Below, piece by piece: positions 38,112-49,261 of a stretch of DNA of 64,000 nucleotides (positions are counted from its first letter, which is position 1; each line of letters starts with the position of its first letter). The stretch covers positions 1-64,000 of the forward strand of contig JAHLWZ010000867.1 of NCBI GenBank assembly GCA_020536535.1. The letters run 5' to 3'. The notes below the pieces were generated by a model, which was not told where the DNA came from, did not search any database, and saw only the letters and a list, made by a program, of their open reading frames with translations. The position numbers and the translations under genes are program-made. Source of the DNA: Pelomyxa schiedti. Taxonomy: Eukaryota > Protista > Evosea.

Positions 38112-40329
38112 ATGTCTACCGAAAGGGGGCCTCTGTTGGTGGAGCCTCTACCGCGTGAGTCCAAGATCTCCTTATCCATTTTGGCTTTCTTAACACAATG
38201 TCGTAGCTCGTAGGAGGTGTTCTGCGAGAAACAACAGGAAATTGCTGTACGCGGGTCTCGTAGTGGCTGCGGCTGCAATTTGTGCCGCTATATGTACGTT
38301 ACTTGCGTGTTTTGTCAGTTTTAATTTCTACATTTTAACTCTTAAGTATTCTGTTTATGCAAAAAACAGTGATTGGGCTGGGGCTGGCTTTGACGCAAGA
38401 ATTTGTTCTGGAGGATGCAGTTGAAGTCGGTGACATCATGGAGATGTTGAGTGATTTACAAACGATAGCCGATCAGTATGACGGAAAAAGGGATGATTAC
38501 AGTGGGTACTCACCCCGGCATATGTGAAAATCATGTAATTTGTGTCCAAGAGGTTATGCTGCTTCAGCGAAGTATGTACTGGATAAATTGAGTGACACCG
38601 ATTTGCTTGTCTACACCCAAAATGTGTCCTATGTCCTCTACACTGCTGTATGGGATGAAATGACCTTTGAAGTTTCAACGTCTATGGGTTCTGAAGTCTA
38701 TGTTTACTATGACGATTATGAGGTAAATGTGCACGGACCTCTTCAATTTAATTCAAACATTTTAAAAGGCTTTTGAAATGTCCCCAAATGGAACGGTTTC
38801 TAACACAGCACTGACTTCCATACCCAACTATGGTTGCAACGAGTATGACTTTGATGGTGACTTTTATAGTGCTTATCTGTTTAGAACCAACACTCACAAG
38901 GATTTGTCAATGGGAATGTTGCCCTGATTCAGCGGGGGAATTGCACATGGGCAGAGAAGATTACACTGGCAGAACAGTGGAGTTTAACTTCAGTTTTCCA
39001 AAAAGTTCACCAATACTAGGCATGGTGCATCCATGGCCCTGATGGTTAATTATCCAGAATACGAAGACCCAGCGTGGTCAACAGTAGAGGAGGGAGTCAG
39101 TATACCTATCTTTGGTCTTACCTATGAATTGGGAAAAATGATGTGGCTTTCTTCAAGTTCTATGACCCTCACTGCCACAGTATGTTGTCTTGCCTGTTGC
39201 CCGTGGGGTGATCGTCACTGCAGCTTGTAGCTGAAAGAACATCCATCTTCACTCAAAATGTCATTGCAGAAACAACTAGAGGAAATGAAAACAATACCAT
39301 TGTGGTGGGAGCGCATCTTGATTCTTTTATGGTACAGTAGTTCTCTATTTATATGATGTCTCAGTGGCAAAAAGGGTTCTGGTATCAATGATAATGGCAG
39401 TGGAAGTATTACGCTTTTGGAGATGGCTTTGGTCACATCTGAGTCAATGTAGTTTACACCTTTTTTTTAATGTCTTATTTATTCCGCTCCATAAGGAAAA
39501 AGTGGGTTGAAAACAAGATCATTTTTGCCTGGTGGGCAGCAGAAGAACAAGGCTTTTGGGGGTCTGAAAAGTTTGTATCAGAGCTTGGGTCTGTGTCTTA
39601 CAAAGTGGCTGTGAACATGAACATGGATATGTTAGGAAGTCCCAATTACATGTTACTTATCTTGGATGGAACGACCGCTTTTACACAGACAGATTACTGC
39701 GTAAATGGCTGTGTGCAATTGCAAGTATATACTATCTCATCCATCTGAGCACTAAAAGTTATTTCTTTTGGCAGAACATGTTCACCGACTACTATGACAG
39801 CAAGGAAATTCCTTATGTGATAGTTGAAATGGAGGCCTGGTCGGACTTTGCTCCATTTATTCAGAACGGGATTCCTGGTTGCGCCACAGATTCCGGAGCA
39901 AGTATGATGGGTGGAGAGGGGGATTTTTTTTGTTTTTTTGAGTGCCAGACTGATCTGAGACTAGATGAAGTGAAGGGAATATCCGAAAGATCCGAGTTTG
40001 GTGGCCTTGCCAATACCCCGGTAGGTTCACTTTGGTATTTCCTCATTAACCTGTTACCAGGCGGATCCCTGTTACCATACAGAATGTGATACCTATGATA
40101 ACGTTTCAGAAGATGTAATGAAAATAACTGGTAAACAATTTCGCGATTACCCTGAGGACTAACAAAAGAAAATAACACAGTTGCTTCCACGTCACACATC
40201 CTTCAAGAGTTGGGTGGCAAAGTAGACCTCCGTGAGTTCCTTCTGGCGGGTACACCCCGTGAAGTTTCACCAACACAAAAAGTAGCACGCCCATACATAA
40301 GGAACATAAAGAGAAACACTCACAAGTAA
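38112..40329 (+). CDS. M28-family aminopeptidase with PA domain and N-terminal membrane anchor
   Basis: Zn-ligand motifs GAHLDS, GINDNGSGS, WAAEEQG, NMDMLGSPN, SDFAPF and DPCYHTECDT; PA-like VALIQRGNC; N-terminal TM LLYAGLVVAAAAICAAI. Confidence 0.92.
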
Positions 40330-40493
40330 TGTGAACTGTAGGTGGTTTTTTTCTTTTTTTATTATTAATTAGACAACGCTTCGCTTCCTCTCTCATGATA
40401 TCACTTTCCAGCTTCACGCCAGAAATGAGTCGTAGCCAAATCCGCACCTCTCCAGCATGTTTGCCTGAGTTTCTTTTTTTCTCCTTCCCCTCT

Positions 40494-40958
40494 TCATTCC
40501 ACCACACCACCACCCTTCTTGTCCACCACGTGTATGTCTACTACGGGAGTACCATCGAGGGCATCCAGGCCCCTGACCCTCATCACGCACCCCTCGACGC
40601 TCAGGATGTGGACCTTTGTGATTGCCAGGTGGTTGGGCCGCATGGGGCTGCCCGTGGTCCAGACGCCCCTCGCGGGCCGGGAGAGGTCGCCCCGCGGGTG
40701 GGCCGTGAGCAGCGGGGGCTGGCCGTGCAGCCCGTGGAGGTAGAACACAACGAGGCAGGTGGCGTAGGCGTCGACGCCCTGCAGCGCGTCCGCGTACTGG
40801 TCGAGGAACGAAATCGTGGCCTCCTGCGACTCGAGGTCCTCGCGCGTGCGGAACCGGGACTCCACAAAGTCGGTGTGTACGTAGCCTATGGGCTGGAGGC
40901 GGATCACCAGCTCTGGCCCACTGCCGTTGTTGTTGCTGCCTCTGTCCATCCAGTTCAT
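40494..40958 (-). CDS. tsaA: TsaA/TrmO (YaeB-like) SAM-binding beta-barrel protein, short single-domain form
   Basis: LQPIGYVH, YADALQGV, VVFYLH, HPRGD...GVWTTGSPMRPN.LAIT, VRGLDALDGTPVVDI. Confidence 0.88.
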   Translation of the reverse strand: MNWMDRGSNNNGSGPELVIRLQPIGYVHTDFVESRFRTREDLESQEATISFLDQYADALQGVDAYATCLVVFYLHGLHGQPPLLTAHPRGDLSRPARGVWTTGSPMRPNHLAITKVHILSVEGCVMRVRGLDALDGTPVVDIHVVDKKGGGVVE

Positions 40959-41466
40959 GCACTAGGTCAAGCTTATCGTTTTTCACTGTGCGGAAAGGAA
41001 ACTTGGAACGCGGGAGGGGCAAATTGCGCGGCGACAATTAAAAGATGGGAGTGACTTGATGACAGTGAGTGGTGGTCAGATCAATTGGTACAAATTGAAT
41101 GGGCACTTCGGGGAAAAGAAAATGACGAATTTTCGCGTTCCTTTCGTGTTCCTCGAAGAAGCTGATGAGAAAAAACGTTTAGTGAGAGGGAATTCTTGTC
41201 TTGACATACCGCTCTAACGAATAGAAATTAGATCGAGATGCAAGTTGTTTCGACAATTACACACTACATTCAGACAAGATACCTCCTTCTCGCAGCCAAC
41301 ATGGCCTCTGATGTATCAAGGCAAAATTGGTTGACCGTGGTATTTTCCCCTGAGTTGTTCTGTTTGTTTAGTGTGAGAACTTTGTATTCTGAAGTCAAAA
41401 GCTCACTGCTCCATGTGGGCAAATCCAAGGATAAAACAAAGGTTATTGTACTTGGGAATTCATAAG

Positions 41467-42723
41467 TTACAACAACAACGAGAAAATACTACGTGTCCAA
41501 CTCATATTCACATCAAACTGCAGAGTCAGAACTACCAACCCAGACGATTCCTCAGTCACAACGACTTGGTGTTTGGAGGGTACTGACTGGAAGAGCAGGC
41601 CCATTTCAGCCGTAACGGTGTAGGCCGACGGAACTGTTTCACACACTCTAATTGGCCCCTCGGTGTCATTGCAGTCCCAGACCTCGTACTTTCCCGGCTC
41701 TCTTACTAGGCAGAACAGTGATTCGCTCAGCTGTGACAGTGGAATCTTGGCCTCCCCGCCACTCTTGCTCGCAATCCGCCTGACTGGGCCGCCGAAGCTT
41801 TCTGCAACACTGAGAATATGGCAGCCCAGGGAGCTCTGGTACGTGTAATAAAACGATTCCTCCACCTCCCATTCACTAGCATATATGATGAACTGCCGTT
41901 TGCCGGTCCGCTTCCGGACAACGATTACCCGAAGCACAGAAAACTTGGTGTCAAAGCTAGTTGTGCTCAGAACGCACAGCTTCCGCGTGGAATAGGACTC
42001 GGCCACGTCGATTGCCAGCACAGTGCACTCATCGCCTTGACGAGATACAACCAGAGCTTCGTCAGGGTTCGCCGGGTTACCGAAGCTACTGCTGTAAGCG
42101 TTGCCCGGGGGGTAGGGCACCCCAACGGTTACAGCTTCCAGCGGCGACGCGGATATCTGGCTGCTGTCACCTCCGGCACTACCACCACTGGAGCCACTGG
42201 GATGGTACAGCAAGTCCACGATGAACAGTGTGCTGCCCAGGGCGTTACGGTGGTACAGGCACCACTTGTAGGAGGTCTCCTCGTCTGGCAGGACACGTGC
42301 GGGGCGGGGCCAGTGCCGAACGGACGTGGTAAGGCCCCCGAGCTGCGGCGACACCCCGAACCAAACGTCACAAAGCAAATCCGAGACGCAGAACACGCGG
42401 GACTGCATCCAAGCGCACGCCGCGGCCCCGCGCCCCCCTGCTACCTCGGCCGTGAACGAGTGGGCAACCAGGCAGGAGGAGAGCCGCGGGCGCGGGGACG
42501 AGGGGCCCCCCTCCTCGCACGAGTAGGGGGAGGAGCACTGGGAAAGCCAGTCGCGGATGCATAGGAGGGCGGCGTGGGAGCAGCCCTGCAGGCGCAGGAG
42601 GGAGGAGCTTGGCGGCCCACAGCGCGGGTGGGTGATGGCGGCGAGAGCGAGGAGCTGCTCCCGAGCCACGAGGCCCAGTACAGCCCTGGGCCCCGTGGTG
42701 CTGCGTGGCGGGCCGCCGTCCAT
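41467..42723 (-). CDS. Intronless hypothetical protein of a probably lineage-specific family (N-terminal 'AREQLLALAAITHPRCG' motif, beta-rich body)
   Basis: Long ORF with a likely start at MDGGPP (42723). The N-terminal motif resembles an expanded family I recall from Pelomyxa proteomes (recollection, not searched). Confidence 0.7.
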   Translation of the reverse strand: MDGGPPRSTTGPRAVLGLVAREQLLALAAITHPRCGPPSSSLLRLQGCSHAALLCIRDWLSQCSSPYSCEEGGPSSPRPRLSSCLVAHSFTAEVAGGRGAAACAWMQSRVFCVSDLLCDVWFGVSPQLGGLTTSVRHWPRPARVLPDEETSYKWCLYHRNALGSTLFIVDLLYHPSGSSGGSAGGDSSQISASPLEAVTVGVPYPPGNAYSSSFGNPANPDEALVVSRQGDECTVLAIDVAESYSTRKLCVLSTTSFDTKFSVLRVIVVRKRTGKRQFIIYASEWEVEESFYYTYQSSLGCHILSVAESFGGPVRRIASKSGGEAKIPLSQLSESLFCLVREPGKYEVWDCNDTEGPIRVCETVPSAYTVTAEMGLLFQSVPSKHQVVVTEESSGLVVLTLQFDVNMSWTRSIFSLLL

Positions 42724-43184
42724 GTGGGAGTCGGTGTGGAAAACTCCGGCTTGTGATTCTGGGGCGGAGATGTCATCCCATTCCGAGCAGGTTTTTGCCT
42801 CCTCACACCTGCACAAGTGCTCTGGTGCGAAGGAAAATTGAACTGCTGGTTTCTGTGGATTCCGTATGAACCTGAAAATGAAAGGAAAAAATAATAAAAC
42901 CAAACACCAACCAGCGAACAGATCAGATCCTCGGAAAGCAATCTCATCATGTATCGGGTGGTGTCGTCCCTCGGATCTCCGAGCGTGAGGGTGCTCTCTC
43001 TTGTATCCGAGGTGCGTAATTTCGGCACGTTGTCGTTCCAACCGTACTTTTTTTTTTTTTTCCTTCAGGACGACATTGGATTGAAGCGATATAACGAGCC
43101 TTTTCAAATGCAGTCTGGTAGGTCTTTTTTCTTTTTTTTTTTTTTGTTTTTTTTGTTTTGTTGATTTATGAAGAAACTTCCTCT

Positions 43185-46100
43185 ATGAGCACTGCCTCAA
43201 GAAGAGAAGCACTCCTGAGTCCTACAAATTCACCAGGACAGGGTCGCACATCAGGCACGGATACACCCAGTGAATGCTCTTCCCCTCTTGGCAATTCCCA
43301 CAGGTCTTTTAAGTGCTCTGAGAGACCCACTGTCACACCACCTTCCACCCCTATTCGCAATTCTGAGGAAACATCCCCCCACCTTGATGGTGCTCCTTCA
43401 TCATGTTCAAACATGGATGATGACTTTATTCCACTGACACCAATAATAACCACAGAACCACCAGAAACCAGCAATTATAACACTACATATCGCACTCCAC
43501 CAATATCACCACTCACCCCATCTATACATCTTCCCACCTCCACTCCTGTCATACATCTTGCACCCTCCACTCCAGCTATAAATCTTGCACCCTCCACTCC
43601 AGTGGTAATTATCACCACTCCTCTTTTGAGCGCAAACTCCCCTGCACAAACCACTGCGCCTTCAGTGAGCATACCCCCAATTCCACTCATGCCAACTCCC
43701 CCATTAACATTCCTTGGACCCTCTTTTACTCAAACCCATTGTGCGGAGAACACCACACCAGCTATAATGAATGATTTTTATACTATCACTCCACCATGCA
43801 CCCCAACTAGGGCCACACCCCACCTGCAAGTACTACCCACAGCTGCTCAACCTTTCCCACCAACGCCATTGATTGGCTCGACCATCAATTCATCTACAAG
43901 TAGCACAAGCTGTATTCCTCCTCCCTTTGTTCCTTACACACCCCCCATTGACTCCAATGGAATTTATCTAGAAGTAGGGTTCACTGTGTTAGGGGGTTGC
44001 TCACACTTTGTAGGCCAGATCTGCTGCCCAAATTGTGGGAGAATATGAATGTGGCACAAGTCATGGAAATTATGTAGAGACTCTATGCACAGAGGACATG
44101 AACGCAGAGAATTCGGCTCTGAAAGAAGTCAATGCGCAACCCATATCTACAACTCCTCTTAGTAGCACCGTGAATCCCATTCTTGCCAAAAGGACTGCAC
44201 AAGAGTCCTCTGTAATGCCAGAACAGGTAACCAACACAGCAATAACTGGCCAAAATAATTCTCGCCAGATTGAAAAAGCTAATGGGCATAACTGGAATGA
44301 TAAGATGCAAGATTTATGTTTGAAACTCAAACAGCTTACGCCAAACACACATGCGCGTGTGTCAAATAAACATTTTTGGCTACTTGTTTACAAGTGTAGA
44401 GGAGAGATTACAAGTTTATAAGCAATTAGCTGACTTGGCACATGATTTTGTCCACACAGTCAAAAATTATGGTCGAATTATCATATCAGAGGTTGTTAAC
44501 ATTAGACTGAACAGATTTCTTTTCCAAGTAAAATAAACAAAAAAAAAGGTACATTTTCCAGTGCCACAAAAAACAATAAAGCCCACCAACGCGATTGGCG
44601 GAATTGCAGGTGGGGACAAGTACCTTGTTCATCAAGTACAATTCCTTTTTCTACAATTTTACTCACAATCGTATAGATTCTCTTCAAATTTGCTGTGGAT
44701 TCCAGGGGCATGTACGATGGGTAAGAAAATTACACTGCCATACCATGTTAATTCTTTTTTTTTTTTTTTTAATAACATCAGAGATGAAAATGCTGCCAAA
44801 GGTGGGAATTATCTCTGCTTCACTACAATACAACTTAGGAATATTTTTTTTACACATAGTTGCTGGTCATGAATTGCGGAGTCTTTCACATCTATTTTCT
44901 TGTTGGGAAAATGACATAGCCCTGCCACTCATGGCTACAATTGATTATCGAGGCTACAGGTATAATCTCCTGAGGGTAATAATATTTAACTGTATTTACA
45001 GGTTAATTGGCATCACACTTCTTCCCATAGGGAAAGAGACACTCATTTATGGCAGTGATAATGCAGGTCGTTCTGGTGTCAGATATGACCCGATAGTTGA
45101 CAGAAAATTAACCAATGTATGTGCCTGTGATATTTTCCTTAATTTACAAATTCCAACAGATTGCTAAACAATTGAATCTCAAGCGGCATCGTGTGGGTGA
45201 GGGAGATAACTGGATTTACACACCAATTGATCTAGAGGCCCATCACGTTGACGGGAAGTATTACTTGGTTGACACAAGGTTTCATACACCCCAATAAAAT
45301 GGTTTATAATACCCGTGAACAGTCGACTGTTCCCTCCCCAAGGAATCCCCAAGCAGCAGCATAATAGGTGCACCTACCTCTTTCGTCTTCTTCGCCCTGA
45401 ATTTGTGAAAAAGTACTCAAGTATGTCCTACCTGAAGAATAGTGGTAATCTAATTGTGCTCTCAGAACCTCTTTGTAATGATGTCTATTCCCCATTTGTC
45501 TGTCCCAAACTTAAGACCTCTGATCGATGTAACGAAATCCGTCAAAATGAACAAGAGGTAACAGTGACCTTCTTCCAAGAAGTATGCTGAAAACAACATT
45601 AGATTGAAGACGCTACACGATATTTGGAGACTGTTACCATCAACAGTTTTGTTGAAGATGTCCTGTTGAAAGTCCCAGTTGATAACAGGAACAGATTTCC
45701 TCTCATAGTGATGCTGCACCAGGTTTCTGGTTAGCTTTGAGCTTGGTACGTTAACCACGTATAGAACGGAATCAATGTAAGATTACTTGGGATAGTTTAT
45801 TCTCGCGTGGTAATTTTTATCTTTTCTAATAAGTGAGGTTGAGCCGGCTCAACATAGGTTGCAGCTCGTGATAAAGATTGGGAAGCACGGTATTTCGGGT
45901 ACTCCCTATATTGTACTTAATCTTCTGAAGGATTTTGATTGAGATGGTTGTGCGCGTTGTAAAATGTACCAGCTTCCAAAACTATCTTGTACAAGTGAGT
46001 TAATTCTATGTAGGTGAAGTTAATTCTCTGTTGAGAAAAATAAGGATGCCTGGTTTTTCTCCCTTTTTCTCCCTTAAGGACTCCTCTCACAACACTAGGA

Positions 46101-47377
46101 GAGGGACCTTACAGGTCTGTGGTTGTTGACCATCTTAACCTGGTATTCGGCACATCACCCACAAGCACATCTCATTGGCAATATTCCATATTTCCGGCTC
46201 TCAAAGCAAAATTCACCACATTTGATGTTACTGGTCCAGATGCAAACCAATTTAGGCAGATGTTCTATCAGAGAACCCTTATTGCTGGAATGAAAGATGC
46301 CAGGTTCAAATTCGTTTTCATAAGTATTACTGACGTAACAATCTACTTATTTATGTAGATGCCTTCTTTTTGAGCATCTGACACACCAGCTTGGCCTGTA
46401 TTGGGACCCCACAACCTGGAGAATAACACTGGAGAATCCTTCAGTGTTTGAATGCTACCTTCCTTTCACGGATACAGATCTCGCCGAATTTAGGGAAAGG
46501 TACCTACATTTTTTATTATGTAAATTTTTTCTTCCTATACCGTAGAGTGAAGCAAATGAACATTGCTTCCCATGCAAGAGGTTTTGTTCTGAAGACCACG
46601 GGGTTGCAAGCCAAAACTTCTCAAGAGAGGAAAAGGCTCCTGAATTTGGCCATAGAACAGTTTTCCCAGGCAAGGGCGGCGATTCCTGATAACAAGGTAG
46701 GTACTTTCTCAAAACTTACCATTATGTGGTTTAAACAGTCCTTGTTTAGGTTACTCTTAGAAATCTTGGGGATTGTCTCAGTGCCACTGGGCGTCATGAA
46801 GAAGCTTACGAGTGTTACCTAAGGGCATTCATGTTGATAGCAACGATACCGTGTCTCTTTTCAAGTTCGCACTGTCACTGGATTTGGCGGGTAGACTGGA
46901 TGATGCAGAAGAGCATTACTTACGTGCTCTGGAGGCGGATTTGGGCCACAGCAATTGCACGTATTGTTATGCCGACTTCCTGTGGACGCAAAGGCGGTGC
47001 GCAGATGAAGCCGAAAAAATGTATAAACTTGCTTTGGAGAATGACCCAGACAATGCATGTGCACTTAACAATTACGCTGTATTTTTAGCCGTTGTACGAC
47101 GAGATTACGCAAAAGCGGCCCAACATTTTTACAGGTTAATACAGTTCGATAACTCGTCCTTCTTAACTTTTTTCTTAACAGAGCCGTAACACTACACCCA
47201 CAACAACTGGTCTACACATCAAACTACACTGCCTTTTTGGCCCAAACTCATCACAAAATGCCAGAAGGTAATTCCCTTCCCAAACCCAACATGCGACTTA
47301 ACAAATTAACAGAGCTGGCCACCTATCACCTCAAATCCAAGGAACTTCGGCAACGTTCTGCCCGGTACTACTCCTAG
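43185..47377 (+). CDS. CLU-domain protein with a Pro/Thr-rich N-terminus and C-terminal TPRs
   Basis: HDFVHTVKNYGRIIISE, GGIAGGDKY...LFKFAVD, AGHEL, PLMATIDYRGYRL, LIYGS, DLEAH..DGKYYLVD, RLLRPEFV; TPRs AEEHYLRALE and AEKMYKLALENDPDNACALNNYA. Confidence 0.88.
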
Positions 47378-47650
47378 TATGAATGTTTCCTTGTCCGCTC
47401 CTATCACCTCAGCCACGAGGCTGTGTAATGTTGCGAGGGAATAAAATCGTGGCTATTCCTCTTTAGTTTTGCAAGTTCAATAGCGTGTTGTTTAACACGG
47501 GTTTTGTCTCGCCCAAAGCAAGAAGTTTGTTTTCAATTGTTGTTCAATCCAACACGGGAATAGGTGTTGTGTGGAGAGAAATGGTGATGGTGAGTTACAT
47601 TCACAGAGGTGTTAGGGTGAGTGTATGACTGCTAGGGGTACAACGGGAGC

Positions 47651-48264
47651 TTATGCCCTCTCACCACGGATCCTCCTTGCCAACTGAATGTCCTTTGGCA
47701 TGATGGTCACACGCTTGGCGTCTGTAAAAATAAAGTTACAACCCAAAGAAGCTAGTAATAGAATGTGGCATACGGATAGCGCAAAGGTTAGTATCCTCGA
47801 AAAGACCGACAAGGTAGGCTTCAGCGGCTTCTTGAAGAGCGGCAATAGCAGAAGATTGGAAACGAAGATCAGTCTTGAAATCTTTGGAGACAAGTGGTTA
47901 GACTGTGTTGATTACGTGCGGGTACCATGTACCTTGAGCAATTTCCCTGACCAACCTCTGGAATGGCAATTTGCGGATCAAAAGCTCAGTGCTCTTTTGG
48001 TACTTGCGGATTTCACGAAGGGCTACGGTACCAGGGCGGAACCTGTGTGGCTTCTTCACTCCTCCTGCTGGTGCCTTCTTGTGGGCGTGCTTAGAGGCGA
48101 TGTGCTTGCGGGGAGCTAAAAAGGCGCCATTAGTATCACTCGGAGGGAAAAAAAGAAAAAAAGAAAAGAAACGCCACACGAACGTTACATTTAAAAAAAG
48201 GGGGGAGGAACCGCAAACCTTTGCCACCAGTGGACTTTCGTGCCGTTTGCTTTGTTCGTGCCAT
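47651..48264 (-). CDS. H3: Histone H3 (3 introns)
   Basis: [15 protein letters not shown]|[29 protein letters not shown]...EIAQ|[36 protein letters not shown]|[23 protein letters not shown]. Confidence 0.98.
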
Positions 48265-48439
48265 TTATCGTTGTTGTCGCCTTTCCGGTGCTGGTTGTGT
48301 CGCTTGTGCTGTGGTTTTTTTTGTTTTTTTGTTTTAAATCTTGGAAAGTGCTGCGGTATAAAAAGCCTCAGTCCATTTTTTTTCCTTCCTTTTGGCATTT
48401 TTTTCTTCTTCATTCTTATACCTCCCTTGTGCCTTCTTT

Positions 48440-48447
48440 TTTCCCGC
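48440..48447. promoter_or_regulatory. Possible E2F-type site (TTTCCCGC) upstream of histone H3
   Basis: Exact match to the canonical E2F consensus about 180 nt upstream of the ATG. The motif is short and may be chance. Confidence 0.3.
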
Positions 48448-49261
48448 CCGGAGACGGTTGCAGGTGAATTTTTTTTTTCCCGACGTCACATTCCACACTT
48501 GCACTCCGGAGGCAGAGCTATCGAACCTGCTTCGATTTCTATCCTGTTGCCTTTTCCGTCTTTTTGTGGATGTTTTATAATGAGAAACCGGCGGGATTGG
48601 GCAGATCAAATCGCTCCGTTACCAAGGACAATGTGTGATCGTGCTCAAATCCTCCGAATTTGGCACACCGTGGACAACCACAAGGTAATGCCCACCAAGC
48701 CGTTGAGATTGATAGATATTTTCCTGATGTTGCGGGGGGGGAAGTGCTGCCACGTTGAAAGTGACGGCGTTGGGGTTTGCCTACAAAAAGCGACTGTTGC
48801 GGACGGATAAAAATGGGAAAAAAAGTACAAACACGCTCTACAAGATTGGAATCTTACACAGGGAGTGTCCATGTTATCTGTGTTGCTGTTCGCGCTGTTG
48901 GTCCACCCTAAAAAGACCAGAGATCAACCGGCTGTTCCTCAGAACACTTCCTAAGAATACATTTCCCTAGAATAACCCTTCATGATTTCTCAGCGATCAT
49001 CGCGTAGCCTCGTGGGGGTACCAGTACCTCATCACCAAACAATTGGTTTCTTAGAACAACCGAAAACCATAGGCTGTTATTGTTTTGGCTTCAACCATTC
49101 GGCACTTCACGACCAAACAAATTTCTTATTTCCTGCTCCAATGACTATTCCAGCAGCACGCCTCAGAAACCGCCCAAGAAAGTGATCAACAAGAACTGCC
49201 TAAAACGGACCCGAACACGAAAAGTACTTAAAGATGAGAATCAACAATAACCGGTAAACAA

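Noticed and set aside
40494-40958. High GC as evidence of recent HGT or contamination for tsaA
   Set aside because: Native 5' exons in this window are equally GC-rich, so composition is uninformative.
42724-43107. N-terminal extension of the 546-aa ORF
   Set aside because: It begins at a non-ATG codon and runs through homopolymer-rich promoter-like sequence. ATG 42723 is the more plausible start.
48700-48760. Faint resemblance to an SSU rRNA conserved segment (AGATTGATAG...GTGC...CGTT)
   Set aside because: The match is short and gapped with no flanking rRNA similarity, so it is probably chance.
47971-48810. 279-aa + strand ORF; likewise 30095-30922, 40395-41054 and 41818-42564
   Set aside because: They are antisense to well-supported genes and show no protein-like motifs of their own.
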